A DNA stretch of 49,069 nucleotides, filler included, from Catajapyx aquilonaris (lineage: Eukaryota), in assembly GCA_000934665.2 (NCBI GenBank). It is 3 parts of 3 records of this genome, joined end to end, with 100 filler letters (N's around TTAATTAATTAA, not from the genome) between each part and the next. Parts side by side here need not be neighbours in the genome. Positions count along the whole stretch, not along the records: positions 1 to 16,270 come from JYFJ02007245.1; positions 16,371 to 32,700 come from JYFJ02007246.1; 1 more part is not named here. One strand, written 5' to 3'. Positions 10,776 to 22,325 of the stretch are shown here, piece after piece (the first letter of the stretch is position 1; every line of letters starts with the position of its first letter). The translations under genes and the position numbers were made by a program. Under the pieces are notes generated by a model. The model saw nothing but the letters and a program-made list of their open reading frames with translations. It made no database searches and was not told the DNA's origin.

Positions 10776-13116
10776 ATGTCGTCGCTGCGGACCATCAAGA
10801 AGGAAGCGGAGGATGAGGAGATAACAACGGAGGAGACTTGGCTCCTCCGGATCAAGGAGGAGACGCCTTCCTGCCTGGAGGAGGAGGACACTGGCCTCTT
10901 CGAACGATATGCTTCATGTGCTGGATGTGTTGAAGGGGAGGAAGAAGACGGCAGTGTGGTAAGCATGTCGATTATCCCCGTTGGTTAATCATGAAGGTGA
11001 AAGATGTGGAATCAGATCATACGAGGGGTGTTCAAAGAGCAAGGTGGAGCAAGGTAAAACATTTTTTATCTTGGAAGGTCTTTAACCAGGCGACAACCTA
11101 TCTTCACCTTCTCGGCACTGGGAAACCATTTTCCTGTCATGTGAAGTTTCAGGGATCCGGAAAGGAAGAAGTGAGAGGGCTGCAAGATTTCTGGCTGTAT
11201 CGATGCACCCATCCTTTGGCTGCACAATGTCACGCCAGAGACCACTGAGATTAATGCCGTGGTTTAGAACAACCCTTCTTCTCTGCGGCAAAAAAAATGT
11301 CAAGGCTAGGTCGTCTGCATCGACATTCATGGCAACAGTCCACACTTGGCCCGACTGAGACATCACTTGTTGGGAAGAGGGTTTGCCAGTGATGAGGAGG
11401 TGAAGTTAGAGGTTATCCAATGGTTATCTTCGCCTGACCCGAAATTCTAGGCAGGGGGTATAGATACAATAGAAGCCTAGGTGTAATGAAATGACTCAGG
11501 CATTATATCAGGCGATAACATTCACCATATCTTCAATATGTGTAAGTTGTGTGCTTCTGTCATTAAAATTTTCCAAAAATAAATTTTACCTTAGTTTCTG
11601 GACACCCCTCGTAGCTGTGATTTCAAAGGACTGCTCAATGTGGTCCTCATGATTAACCTGTCCATGGGTTTAATTTCAGCCGTCAGTGGCAAACGCAGAC
11701 GAGGCAGAGGATGCCGGTGAAAACGTGGCTGCGGACAGTGGTTTGATCTTGACGGTCAGTGTCAAGCCAGAGCCAGACACAGTCCGAGGTCCTCGCACAA
11801 TGGAAATTCTGAAGAGCTTCAGGATGGCAAAGCAGAACCATTCAGATGATAGTCTGGAGAAGGGAAAGGTGGGTTGCATGTCATTGAAAGTAGCCGTGGT
11901 AAAAAGTTGTCTTTAAAAGAAATCTATTATAATTTTTATTTTTTAGGCAAATGCAAATCAAGAGAGCAGGAAGGCACACACTTCTTACCCTTGCGCCGTC
12001 TGTGGAAAGGTGTTTGATGAGGAAAAGAAGGCTAATGCCCACAGACGTGCCCACACTGAAAAAAATACTTTCACATGTGATATCTGTGGCAAGATATGCA
12101 AGACCTGGTGGTCTCTGAGTCGCCACAAGGAAGCCCATCCGGGAGAGAAGCCCCACAAGTGCACCAGATGCGACAAGTCCTTCTTTTCCGAGGTCATGCT
12201 GCAGCTTCACATTTCCTCCCATGACCCTGGTGGTGAACTCATGTGTCAAGTTTGCAACAAGTGCTTCAGCAAAAGACACACATTTTTGGCTCATATAAGA
12301 GTGCACCAGAGAACTCATGTTTGCTGGGTGTGCAACAAAGCATTTAGATCCGACTCTGAGTTGAAGGAGCATGCAAGTGTACATGTGGAAGAGAGACCCT
12401 TTGCATGTGATGTTTGTAACAGTGTATTTAAGTCTATGGGGAACTTGCAATGGCACAAGAAATTGAAGCATGCTGAGCAGAGGCAATTATTAAAATGCAA
12501 ATTGTGCCCCTCCACTTTCAAGAATGAGGAATACCTCAAGCGTCACTTGAAGAGGCATACAGAGACAGGCTCAGAGAGAAGGTTCAGGTGCACTGTGTGC
12601 GGAAAGGCATTCACTTTGAAGGGTAATTTGGTAAAGCATGGCTTGACTCACGCTGCGGATAGGCCCTTTGCATGTGACGTGTGTGGTAAGGCATTCACTG
12701 CGAAGCGTAGTTTGGTAAGGCATGGTACCACTCACACTGGGGAAAAACCCTTTGAATGTGATGTGTGTGGTACGGCTTTCAGTCAACCAAGTAGTTTGAA
12801 ACGGCACAAGTTGCTTCACATGGAAGACGAATCTCATGTATGCACAGAATGTGGGAAATGCTTCAAGTCGAGAAAGGCTCTTTATTACCATCACAGGAGG
12901 AGTCATAAGATTCCACAAAAACTGGTCAAATGCCCCCATTGTGATAAAGCTTTCAGCCGCAAGAGTGTCGTAGAGGCCCACATTCGGCAGAGGCACACTG
13001 GGGAGAGGCCTTACGCTTGTGACGTTTGCGGGAAAAGATTTGCAGGCAGACAAAATATCAGAGATCATATTAGGAAAGTACATGGTAAGGAAAAGCCATT
13101 CAAATCCAGCCAATGA
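10776..13116 (+). CDS. C2H2 ZNF paralog C, intact, ~513 aa, 13 fingers (exons 10776-10958, 11680-11868, 11947-13116)
   Basis: All three exons splice in phase 0 with canonical GT-AG. Uninterrupted array of CxxC-x12-HxxxH fingers. Acidic N-terminus with IKKE, IKEE and VKPE motifs. Confidence 0.93.
11022..11611 (+). mobile_element. Internally deleted mariner element in intron 1 of ZNF-C
   Basis: TA|CGAGGGGTGTTCAAA ... TTTCTGGACACCCCTCG|TA. Remnant translations VKARSSASTFMATV (cf. SAGKVMATVFWD) and FASDEEVKLEVIQWL..F*AGGI match mariner transposase. Absent from intron 1 of paralog B. Confidence 0.88.
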
Positions 13117-13557
13117 GAAAAGACAAGCTCAGGATTAAACTGTCACATTGTCTTCCATTTTGATGACATATTTTTTGCCATGTCATTGTTGTGCCAAGAC
13201 TTTTCACAGACATCTGCACCTTCTCAGAGGCACGGAAAAAGTGCTGTGATTTCTCTTGAAAACAATTGTATTTGGGGCCATTTGAGGAAATGTTACGAAG
13301 GGAATGTGCTATGAGAGACTAGCTTTATTATTTATAATTATGCAATCCTCTATTGGAATTAAAAAGAGAGATATTTTGCTCAACTCTTTTCCAAATTGTT
13401 TCACTCGGGATCAAGCTGTAATTGTTGAGCATTTAATTCTTATGTGTGACCATTCCCAAGCAGTGGTTGCGACATTGATTTTTGGAGACATTTGGTTAAT
13501 CTACTCAGGTTTTAAAATGTGGAGTGATGTCTATATCTCTATATGAAGCATAATCTT

Positions 13558-13617
13558 ATTTATTTATTTATTTATTACATACCCCATGATCTGGCCTTTA
13601 GGCCAATTTTTAGGGGG
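13558..13617 (-). mobile_element. 60-bp 5'-truncated LINE/SINE 3' tail
   Basis: Flanked by a 17-bp direct repeat ATATGAAGCATAATCTT (13541-13557 and 13618-13634). On the minus strand a stem-loop TGGCCTAAAGGCCA is followed by a (TAAA)n tail. Confidence 0.75.
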
Positions 13618-14141
13618 ATATGAAGCATAATCTTGGTCCTTATGTATGTCACGGCTAAGTAACGCACTTCCACTCCACCGAGAGACCGAAAATTTGTCAC
13701 ACCAATGTCTTAGTCCTGTTGATTATGGAAAACTCCTCAAACTGCAATTTTTAAAGTCTAAATACACAAAATGTATGATTTTTTTTGGTTTATAGGTTGG
13801 AGAGAGCATGTCTTTTTTTTTTTTTTTTTGGCACAGGTGGAACAAAAAACAGTTTTGAGTGTCCCCAAAAAGTTTTCTTCCTTTTCTCATAAATCCAATG
13901 TATGTTGGGCAGTGACTAAAATTAACAGTAATGATAATAATTTACCCTGATATGCTACACGACTAAAAAATACAGTCACATCATCTGCACATTTTCATAC
14001 ATCTCATGTCTCCTGTCGTCATCATCAGGTCATCATCATTAACAACAACAATATAAAATAGTGAGAAATGCTTACAACTTCTGATGAGCTCTTTGACATT
14101 TAAGGCTTGCACATTACGCACTGTAAATTCCAAAGAGGACT

Positions 14142-15174
14142 TCAACTAGTCACAGGTTCCGCATTGGTCTTCCCAAAAGTATAGTTGCTGCAGGTGTCAC
14201 GAAATTGATGCAAATAAATTCTGTAAGTGACCAATCCACGGGCCTTGTCAATGGGAATTCCCGACACCTTCCATTTATTATAAGCCTTGATGTCGTACTT
14301 CTGTAGGAACAACTCGTACATCTGTTTGACACTTCGGACTGTAGTCAGGTGTCTCTTGGTTTTGTTGTCCTTGTGCGGCTTAAAAGGAAGAGACCTGATG
14401 TGGTCTGTGATCAGCTGGAGTTTTGCAGGGTCCGTCTGTCGAGGGTTATTTCCATGCTTCCCGCGCAGCTCTTCCGGCACCTGCTTCCTGCTTGCTAGAA
14501 GAGCCAGCCTCCTCATCCGTCCAAGATGCACGTCGTGGAGGGAGCAAAACGCCTTCAAACACATGGCACGTACTGTCGCACCTGTTTTGGGTACACTCAT
14601 CACATATATATCAACAAGTACTGTACTAATTAATATACGTACCAAGCGGGACAGTGTAGATGTATGTTGCAGTCCTTGGGGAGCGTTTTAGTTGACTGTC
14701 ACCAGTGTCATGCTTGCAACAGCGTTGTATTGGTGTTGGAGTGATGCGGCATTGAAGATAGATGTCCTGGGCAACTCTCCCTCTCTTTTTCAGCTGCTTG
14801 AACTTTCTGAGGGTAGCTTTCCTTTAGGACATGGGTATGGCAGAGAGACAGTTCCGGCGGCATCTGCATGTGGCGCACAGTTTACTGCAAATTCAGTTAC
14901 TGCGTACTTAATACTTACTCGCAATGGGAATGTTTCTGAAAGTTGGACGTAGTGCTTTGGGTGTAAAGGATCATTGGCATTGTCCACACGCTCCAGGTTG
15001 GTCAAGACCATTTCTTCCTCCTCCTCCTTGACGTCATGTTTGGCCTCCGTAACCCTCAATCATTGCCTACGTCCAAAGTGGCCTCCTGTGCTTCACTTGC
15101 AGCAACCACGTCTCCTCTGTAGCAGCAATGCTCTCTGCTGCTTCCTCCACCTCAGTCTTGACTTTCACTTCCAT
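14142..15174 (-). pseudogene. Locus D: ZNF-family N-terminal module fused to a Sola1-transposase-like N-terminal (putative DNA-binding) region; disrupted as assembled
   Basis: Exon from 15174: MEVKVKTEVEEAAESIAATEETWLLQVK. Exon 14863-14643: CRRNCLSAIPMS*RKATLRKF..QDIYLQCRI..RTATYIYTV. Exon 14581-14142: MCLKAFCSLHDV..RMRRL..EELRGKHGNNP..ITDHIRSLP..SVKQMYELF..VTYRIYLHQF..NYTFG. One TAA at 14824-14826 and unresolved frame problems in exon 1. Confidence 0.7.
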
Positions 15175-15580
15175 TGCTCTGAAAGTGCATGTTATCAGTC
15201 AGCATGCTCACATTTGCATCAACAAGTTCCCGTGACACACAGTTTCGCATCAAAATAATTCCCAATCTTTTTCTCTCTCCAATACTTCACCGCATCCAGC
15301 CGGCCCTTTCTGGCCTTTCCCTTCGCCAAAATTTGGCACAATATCCTCCCATCGTCCCACTTAACATGTCCACACACCTTCTTCCGATTCCAACCTTTAA
15401 ATAGCTCGCAATTAATTAAATTACGAACTTGCCGACCATTAATCGATTGCAAACGACGCCATCTTGGATCTAAGGTGCATTCGGACGCCTGACAGCAAAG
15501 CGATGTATTTAAGCGCTATTCATGAAACCGTTACTTGACTAATGGCTATTCCTGGAACCGTTACTTAAGTAACCGCTACT

Positions 15581-15931
15581 GCTGTACGTTATTCGCAACT
15601 TGTTAAAGTAGTACTAATTTGCTAAGTAGGCAATATTAAATTATTGTGAGTCAGAAGTGTAACTGCACATAAGCGTAGAACTATCATAAGCATGTTTGCC
15701 AACGCGTAAAAAAATAATTGTGCAGTGCAAAAATAGTATCACAAAATTATTATTTTCAGTCTAGTCTCAAAAGGTTTGCCCCGCCATACTTCCATGTGCT
15801 TCCATGCATGGGCTTTGTATTGGGCTATAACAGACCTCGGCTATTGCAAACTGATCCTCGCGGTCCATTGAAGTCTGCTGTTATATCCGGAGTCTGTAGT
15901 TCATAATAAAAGTTATAATGTGACTATAGTA
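15581..15931 (+). repeat. Duplicated block X, copy 2
   Basis: Direct repeat of 3335-3681. Confidence 0.9.
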
Positions 15932-16158
15932 GATGATTGTATAATATGACCAGTGTAATTTATAACAGACAAATAATTATCAATCATACATTCTGATAAA
16001 ATAATTATAGTGAACAATATATATGTCTATCACATCGTCATAGTTCTCATTATATTAATATGTTAAAGCAGCGACTCTGCTCCCGATTGTTGTATGGGAA
16101 GGACGCGCGTGTGAGTGCTCTCCCGATAAGCAGAGAAGGGCGATCCTGAGCGGGTCAA

Positions 16159-16270
16159 ATGGCGACCGTACACCAGATCCAGGCCATGCTGGATGAAATG
16201 CAGAAGAAGCTGTCTGCGGACATGTCCACGGCAGTGAAGGTAATTCACGAGAAGATCGACGGTGCAGTGT
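16159..16270 (+). mobile_element. Possible LINE ORF1 start (coiled coil), cut by the assembly gap
   Basis: MATVHQIQAMLDEMQKKLSADMSTAVKVIHEKIDGAV, with a composition switch from AT-rich to GC-rich at ~16065. Confidence 0.35.
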
Positions 16271-16370
16271 NNNNNNNNNNNNNNNNNNNNNNNNNNNNNN
16301 NNNNNNNNNNNNNNTTAATTAATTAANNNNNNNNNNNNNNNNNNNNNNNNNNNNNNNNNNNNNNNNNNNN
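16271..16370. other. Assembly gap with TTAATTAATTAA spacer
   Basis: 44 N + TTAATTAATTAA + 44 N. Confidence 0.98.
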
Positions 16371-19300
16371 GGGGGGGGACAAAAAAATACCGCCCTCCCT
16401 TGCTCATCGCGGCCCCTTTTCACAACCCACTCCCCAATTATAAGACTTTTTTTTTCTCGGTGCGGGGGAGGAAAGGCCTCTCGTTTTTTTTCCGAGGGAA
16501 TAAGAGAGGCAATTTTGTTACCAACCTGGACGACTTTTGCAGTGGAGAATGTTCTAGGTAGGACCTGGTAGGACACAATATCTGTCTAGACTTATAAGAA
16601 AATGTCAGTATACGTAATACGTATGTAGCTGTGGCCGTCATAAATGGTAATGCTATGGATTATTCATTATTCCTTATGTTGGTTCCTGAACGAGAATTTA
16701 AGTGTGCAGTGCTTATCCTGCATACAACTTAAATCTGTAGAGTATGACTGTATGAGGTGTAATTAAACGGAGCAACTCCGCCGCTCTATATAATTATAGA
16801 CTTTTCACTTTACTAGTAATGCCTGTTCATCCTGTCGAGCAGGCCACAAGCAAATCACTCCAGCCGCGCGGTTTGCAGATCATGCAGGCGTAACCCGAGG
16901 CTTTTACTCATTGTTTATGTGGCCAAATTGCAATGTAATGCAGCAGTAACTAAGTGGAGAATAGTATTTGTGACTAAAACCATGGGTGATTAGCACTCTA
17001 CGAAAGGCTTCATCATTTCTGGATTACATGAATTCCTATACCCTCGCACGAATCCATAAGGATTTCCGGACAATTACTTCTTTAAATATAGACAAAATCC
17101 GGATAATTGCGAAGCTGGATTGCACATTATACATACTTGATCCAAAAGGAGGCATGCAGATGACGTCATAAAAAGTAACTTTTGCGAGGTAATGCGGGAA
17201 AATCTGTCCGGCTTGGAAGTGTGGGAAGGGCTGGGTTGGGCCTTTCGAATCCGGGGCATACAGGGATGCAGGCTGATTCCGGAAGCAGAAAAGTGTTGAG
17301 TGGAAGTGGTGGCAAAGGGATGCTGTGGAGAGGGAGGGGGGTATAAGTATATAAAGCCCCTTGGTAGAACTGCGACTGGCAGAAGGGGGATTTGCAGCAT
17401 GCACTCCGGATCCAGGCCAGGGATCAGCTGCTAGGCCTTCCTCGGGGAGCAGGCGGGGAATCAAACCAAGGACTCATGCTGCTGCTGCTGCTGCTGTGAN
17501 GGGGGGGGGGACCTTATACCAGCAGGAAACGGATTTCAAACTAAATCGCAGACCCCTCCCTATATATCCTATATGTATATACTATCAGGAACGTAAAGTT
17601 TTGGACACTTGATGCTCACTACACGGGTTATACACGCAACAAGGCTCCGAGCCAATCACACTTTAGATGGCAACTTGATAGTGAATTTGCCTGCAGGGAA
17701 TCTGAACAAGTTTTTCGACGTTATGAGCACAACTGCGTTCAAAAATGTGCACAATCATCCTCATTTCCAGACATTTTGGTACAATTTCTGTATACAGCTG
17801 CTATACGTGTAATGTAACCTGTTAGTCGAATCTCTTTTTATTATTAGGAGATTGGTGTTTTGGTTGAAAAGAAGTGCGATTCGTTTTCTCCCCGGGTGGC
17901 ACTTCCTTCCAACCCACTCCAACCCCCATTCTCTCTCTCTTTTTTTTTGTAGCAAGAAGTGGTTTTCCTCCTTCCCTCATATCGAAAGTCTATAGGCAGG
18001 GCGCTAATGAAGACGGTGGCCGACCGTGATAACCGAAACTCGTTGATCCTTCGGAAAAGAGGGCTCGCCCGCCTAATCCCTGCCTGCCTCGGGACCCCGG
18101 AATCAAAGGGGGTTGGGGAGGAAGAGGGGGGGAGGAATGGCAAGGGGGATGCTGGAATGGGATGACAGGCTTGCCAAAGTCAGGCTTTGCTCCATTTACG
18201 TTGGAGGGGGAAACCTCAAAGTTTTACCTTTCTTAAGACTGAAATGGTGCGCTAGTTGTTATAATTATTATTGTGAAATACGCAGTATTTAGTTATACAA
18301 GACGTTGTATCACATAGCAATGTTACTGAAACGTCCAGTAAAGTGCGTCTATCCGTATTGATATTATTCCTGCCATAATATCTCGTGCGTATGTAATGGC
18401 AAATATTTAAAAAATAACCACCTTCGCATCTGCTTATTTTGTTGCTTTAGATTTACGCTTTTGGACATCCAGTCCATATAAGCCTTTGCTTCTGCTTGGA
18501 TTTGGGTTGGCGCAAAGTGCGCGTCTCGCGAAATATTATCGGCGGGGCTTTATAAGGGGGGGGCGAGGTGTGGTTCGGAGAGAGAGAAAGTCCGCGAATA
18601 ATATACCCTAATTCCCATCCCGGGTCTCAGTGGATTAGGACCACTTTGGGCTCCGGAATTTGGCGATGGCCCCGGGCCTTATAAGACGGGGCCTTACCTC
18701 CGAGTGACAGTTGGAAAATGGAAGTGGGGTTAGAGAAGGGTGGAAGGGAAGGGAGGGAGGGAGGGCATCCACCATCAGAAGATGATATTATTATAAAGTG
18801 AAGAACTGCTGGGGGAGGGGGAGAGGGGGAGGTCCCAACCGAAAGGATTTCCAGGGATATTATTTCCGCCGTCAGACTTAACTCGCACTTCACGTGACTG
18901 AGATACGGGCAGGGATAAACCGCTCATTACAGATCGGAGAGCCCGGATTTACCCGGGGGCCAAGTTCCATTTATGTATAATATGATACTTGTGAGGAAAG
19001 GGCCGAGCTGCTGCTCTGATGGTGTGTGCAGCAGTGACACTGCTGCTCTGGGAAATGATTGACCCATCAGCAGCACCACAATAATGATAATGCATGCAGA
19101 TGATGGGAGGTCGCGGTTTCAGGTGCAGGGGCATAACATTGCAAAGCTCCGTCTGAGCGGAACGGGTTAAAAATAGAGAGTGATTAATGTTCTGGGACAC
19201 GTGTATGATGATCCAGAGGCGTGTAAATCTGCCTCTATGCAGCTTTGGGCATCCATATATTGATTTTGGCAATGCGGTTTGGAGAGCTAATCCCGTGAAT

Positions 19301-20599
19301 GCTACGCTTCGAATGATGCTGCCGCCGCAATTCCGCCTCGTGATGATGATGCTGTGACGCCCTGTTCTCTCTCGTCCCATGGCTTGACATGTGCCCCCCA
19401 AATCATTCGATATAATAATTGAAGGCGCGTGTGGCCCACTTTTAAATATAATTCAGGAATGGACCCAATTTGACATGTTGTGTTCACACCACACGCATGG
19501 TCCATCAGGGTCTACCGGGTGTGTCGGAGTGTGAGTGCCATGGCCATGCCACCCCCATCTGTGCAGCAGCAGCATCAGGCAGCATCCGTATAGGAACCCG
19601 CCATGGCCTGAGCATCATCTCCCGTGGGGGGATGCAATGCTGCAGTCGGTGGATGATTCTGGCTGGATGCTGCAGCGTTCGTTGTTTGGTGAAATGGGGG
19701 GTGGGGGGGATGGATGGTGGGGGGGGGGGGATGGGGAGGATCCAACCAGCGGAGCGTGGAAGTCCAGGGGGGTCAGGCTCGGCTGGGTGCATTCAGGCCT
19801 TGTCACCACGTGGCTCGGGGAGGCCCCCCGACAGAAAAATGGGCCTTCTCCCCGCGGGACAAACTATAACCCCCTCCCCCCCACCTACCCTACCCTCCAC
19901 CTCCCCCCCACAATCCAAAACCGCCCGCCGGCATATTGAGGCTACAGGCCCCAGTATCAGTCGGTGTCCAGAAGTTCCCCAGTGACCCCAAAGCTCCCAG
20001 CTCGAGAGCTGCTGCTGTTACACTACACCCGTCACTCTATCTCTCATGCAGCTTCTCCTCTGGACCCTCATTTTTGGTGATCAATTCATGGGACGATGGA
20101 GCTCCATAACCACCACCACCCATCTCATCTCACCTCCCACTCTTATATTCCAAAAACTGGCAAACGTGTCCTATCACACGCTCTCTCAACATCATTGTCA
20201 CACGGCACCACGCCAAGGGATGTCGGAATTTATGCGGAATTCGAAAGGTTTAGCCACACGCAGGTGGCGTGACCCACATTTTATTATACACAAACTAGCA
20301 GCGGAGCCCGTTCTTAGCACGGCCTGTTTCCATGCTAATGTATACAGTATATAATCAACAACAATCAATGGCTGTTTTCTTATGCCATGAACAAACAGAG
20401 TTTCTTTCCTATATAATTATTATGTAATAAGATATGTAAGATAAGACAAGGTCGGGAGGGGAAGAAAGCCATCTGTGGGGTGCGTACCAATTGCAGCACA
20501 TGTGAAACCAACCATCGGGGGGGGGGGGGGGGGGGGGGNGGGGGGGACAACGCAACAAAATTAGGAGTATTTAGACTTTTAGAAAAGTGCGGTTTTCAG

Positions 20600-20732
20600 C
20601 CTTTTCCCTTAATCAGTGGCACGTAATCCATCAGTGTGCCAAGTTTCAGGACTCTCAGTAGTCCGGAAGTGGGATAGGTAACCCGGACAAACATACATAT
20701 CAACAAACTTTCTCGTTTATACTATGAGAGAT
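20600..20732 (-). mobile_element. Lep1/Helitron-like terminal fragment
   Basis: Minus strand reads ATCTCTCATAGTATAAACGAGAAAGTTTGTTGATATGTATGTTTGTCC, resembling non-autonomous arthropod Helitron ends with a (TATG/TTTG) microsatellite. Confidence 0.4.
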
Positions 20733-22325
20733 TGGCAGAAATCACGACTCAGCAAGTTCATATTCAGCAGGCAGGGATGTCCAAGGAGTTAACCACTCGA
20801 CTGTAATGAGTAAAGTGTACACTGGAGTACCAATATTCAAGGAGTACCAAGGAGTAAGGTACCTGAGAGTACCACTGCAAGTGTACACCGGAGTATACAG
20901 AAGTGGTTAACCCTTTGGGCAGGGAACACTGCCTAAAATAATGGAAGGGTTGCATGCAAAAAAAAAAAACCCCGTCAAAATTATAATAGATTCATTGAGT
21001 TGTTGATGCTGTCGGCAGCCATTGTTCTTGCCTGCCGATCGGACCGTACATTTGTGAAACACCCTGTACAACATGTATTGCGGCATAGTGGCAGAGAAAG
21101 TGTGCAGGCACCTGTTGATGCCGATTAGCACACCTTTAGCTCCAGAACCGACTCCCAATATTTCCGGTTGGGCACGACCTTTCCGGATGAAGTGTTTCGT
21201 CCGGAATTATAATAATTATGTATAACCGCCGCCGGATCATCCGTTATTGTTATTGGTTTATCCATCACCGTGTTATTCACACGGGCGCAGACGCGTAAGA
21301 TTAGGGTTGTCGGACCAGCAAAAGAGATGGTTTCGGTCGGTCAGACACCACAGAGGGTGTCATATACACAGCCAATGATATGTGGCCCGTGGTAGGTGAC
21401 AAAAGGGGCTGTCCATCTGTCCTCCCCAGGCAGCAGCCAAAAGCGGAGAGTTCATGATCCGGGTCCCAGCATCATCTTTCCTGCTGCAGCACCCATTACC
21501 ACCACCACCACCACCGCTTTTCATCGCCTGATGGTCACGGATGCTGACCCCGCATCTCATCCCATGCCGACCACTCATGCGGTTCATGCGTCCTATTCGG
21601 ATGGAACCTCAGCTTTTGGACCTCACGCTGTGCTGTGCTGGTGGTGCGTGTATCACACATAAAATGATGGTGTGCAGAGAGAGGACACGCGCTCACAGGT
21701 GTCTGCCGCCCATCTGGACCACACTGATATACCCACTCTCTTCTCCCTATAGCCCACCCACTCTGCGGAACAGCATCCACACTCTCACACACACGCTATG
21801 CTATGCTACACACTATATTACACACGGTGGGCTGCATGGGGGGAGATTCAGAGGACTAAGCCTCGGAATGGCTCTGCTGCATGGAGACTTTCAGGTCTCG
21901 CCACCGTCAGACGACAGCCACCCCACACTCTTTTAATACGGACTGCATAATACCAGGACGATAACCAGACCGGGATATTATCGCCTTGTTGCATCGGGTG
22001 TAATTATCCGGGAGGAATTGGGATCGCACAGAATAATAAGGAGCGGGAAAAACCACAGGCTGTACAATAAAAAGAGTTCAAATTCCACACGACATTCAAT
22101 ATATAGTGCTGCTGTGATGTGATGCTTTCCAGACATCGATTGTTATCAGTCACGCGATTGTTGGCCATGGAATAGATTGGGCGTTTGAAAATATATGGAT
22201 TTTTTGACGCAAAAGTCCAAGGCGGGATTGGGGGGTTATCTCAGTCTCCGGCCGTGATGCTGAGAGACTAACCCACTTTTCTCAGAAGTGACTTATTGTG
22301 AGCAGTGGCCTGATAGGAGAGCGGT

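Noticed and set aside
16315..16326. TTAATTAATTAA as a biological motif (also 32745-32756)
   Set aside because: It is an artificial all-frame-stop spacer inside N gaps; synteny across the gaps is also unverified.
16371..22250. Many 60-170-aa GC-rich ORFs and G-runs
   Set aside because: No recognisable domains or consistent splice model; likely intronic or regulatory low-complexity DNA.
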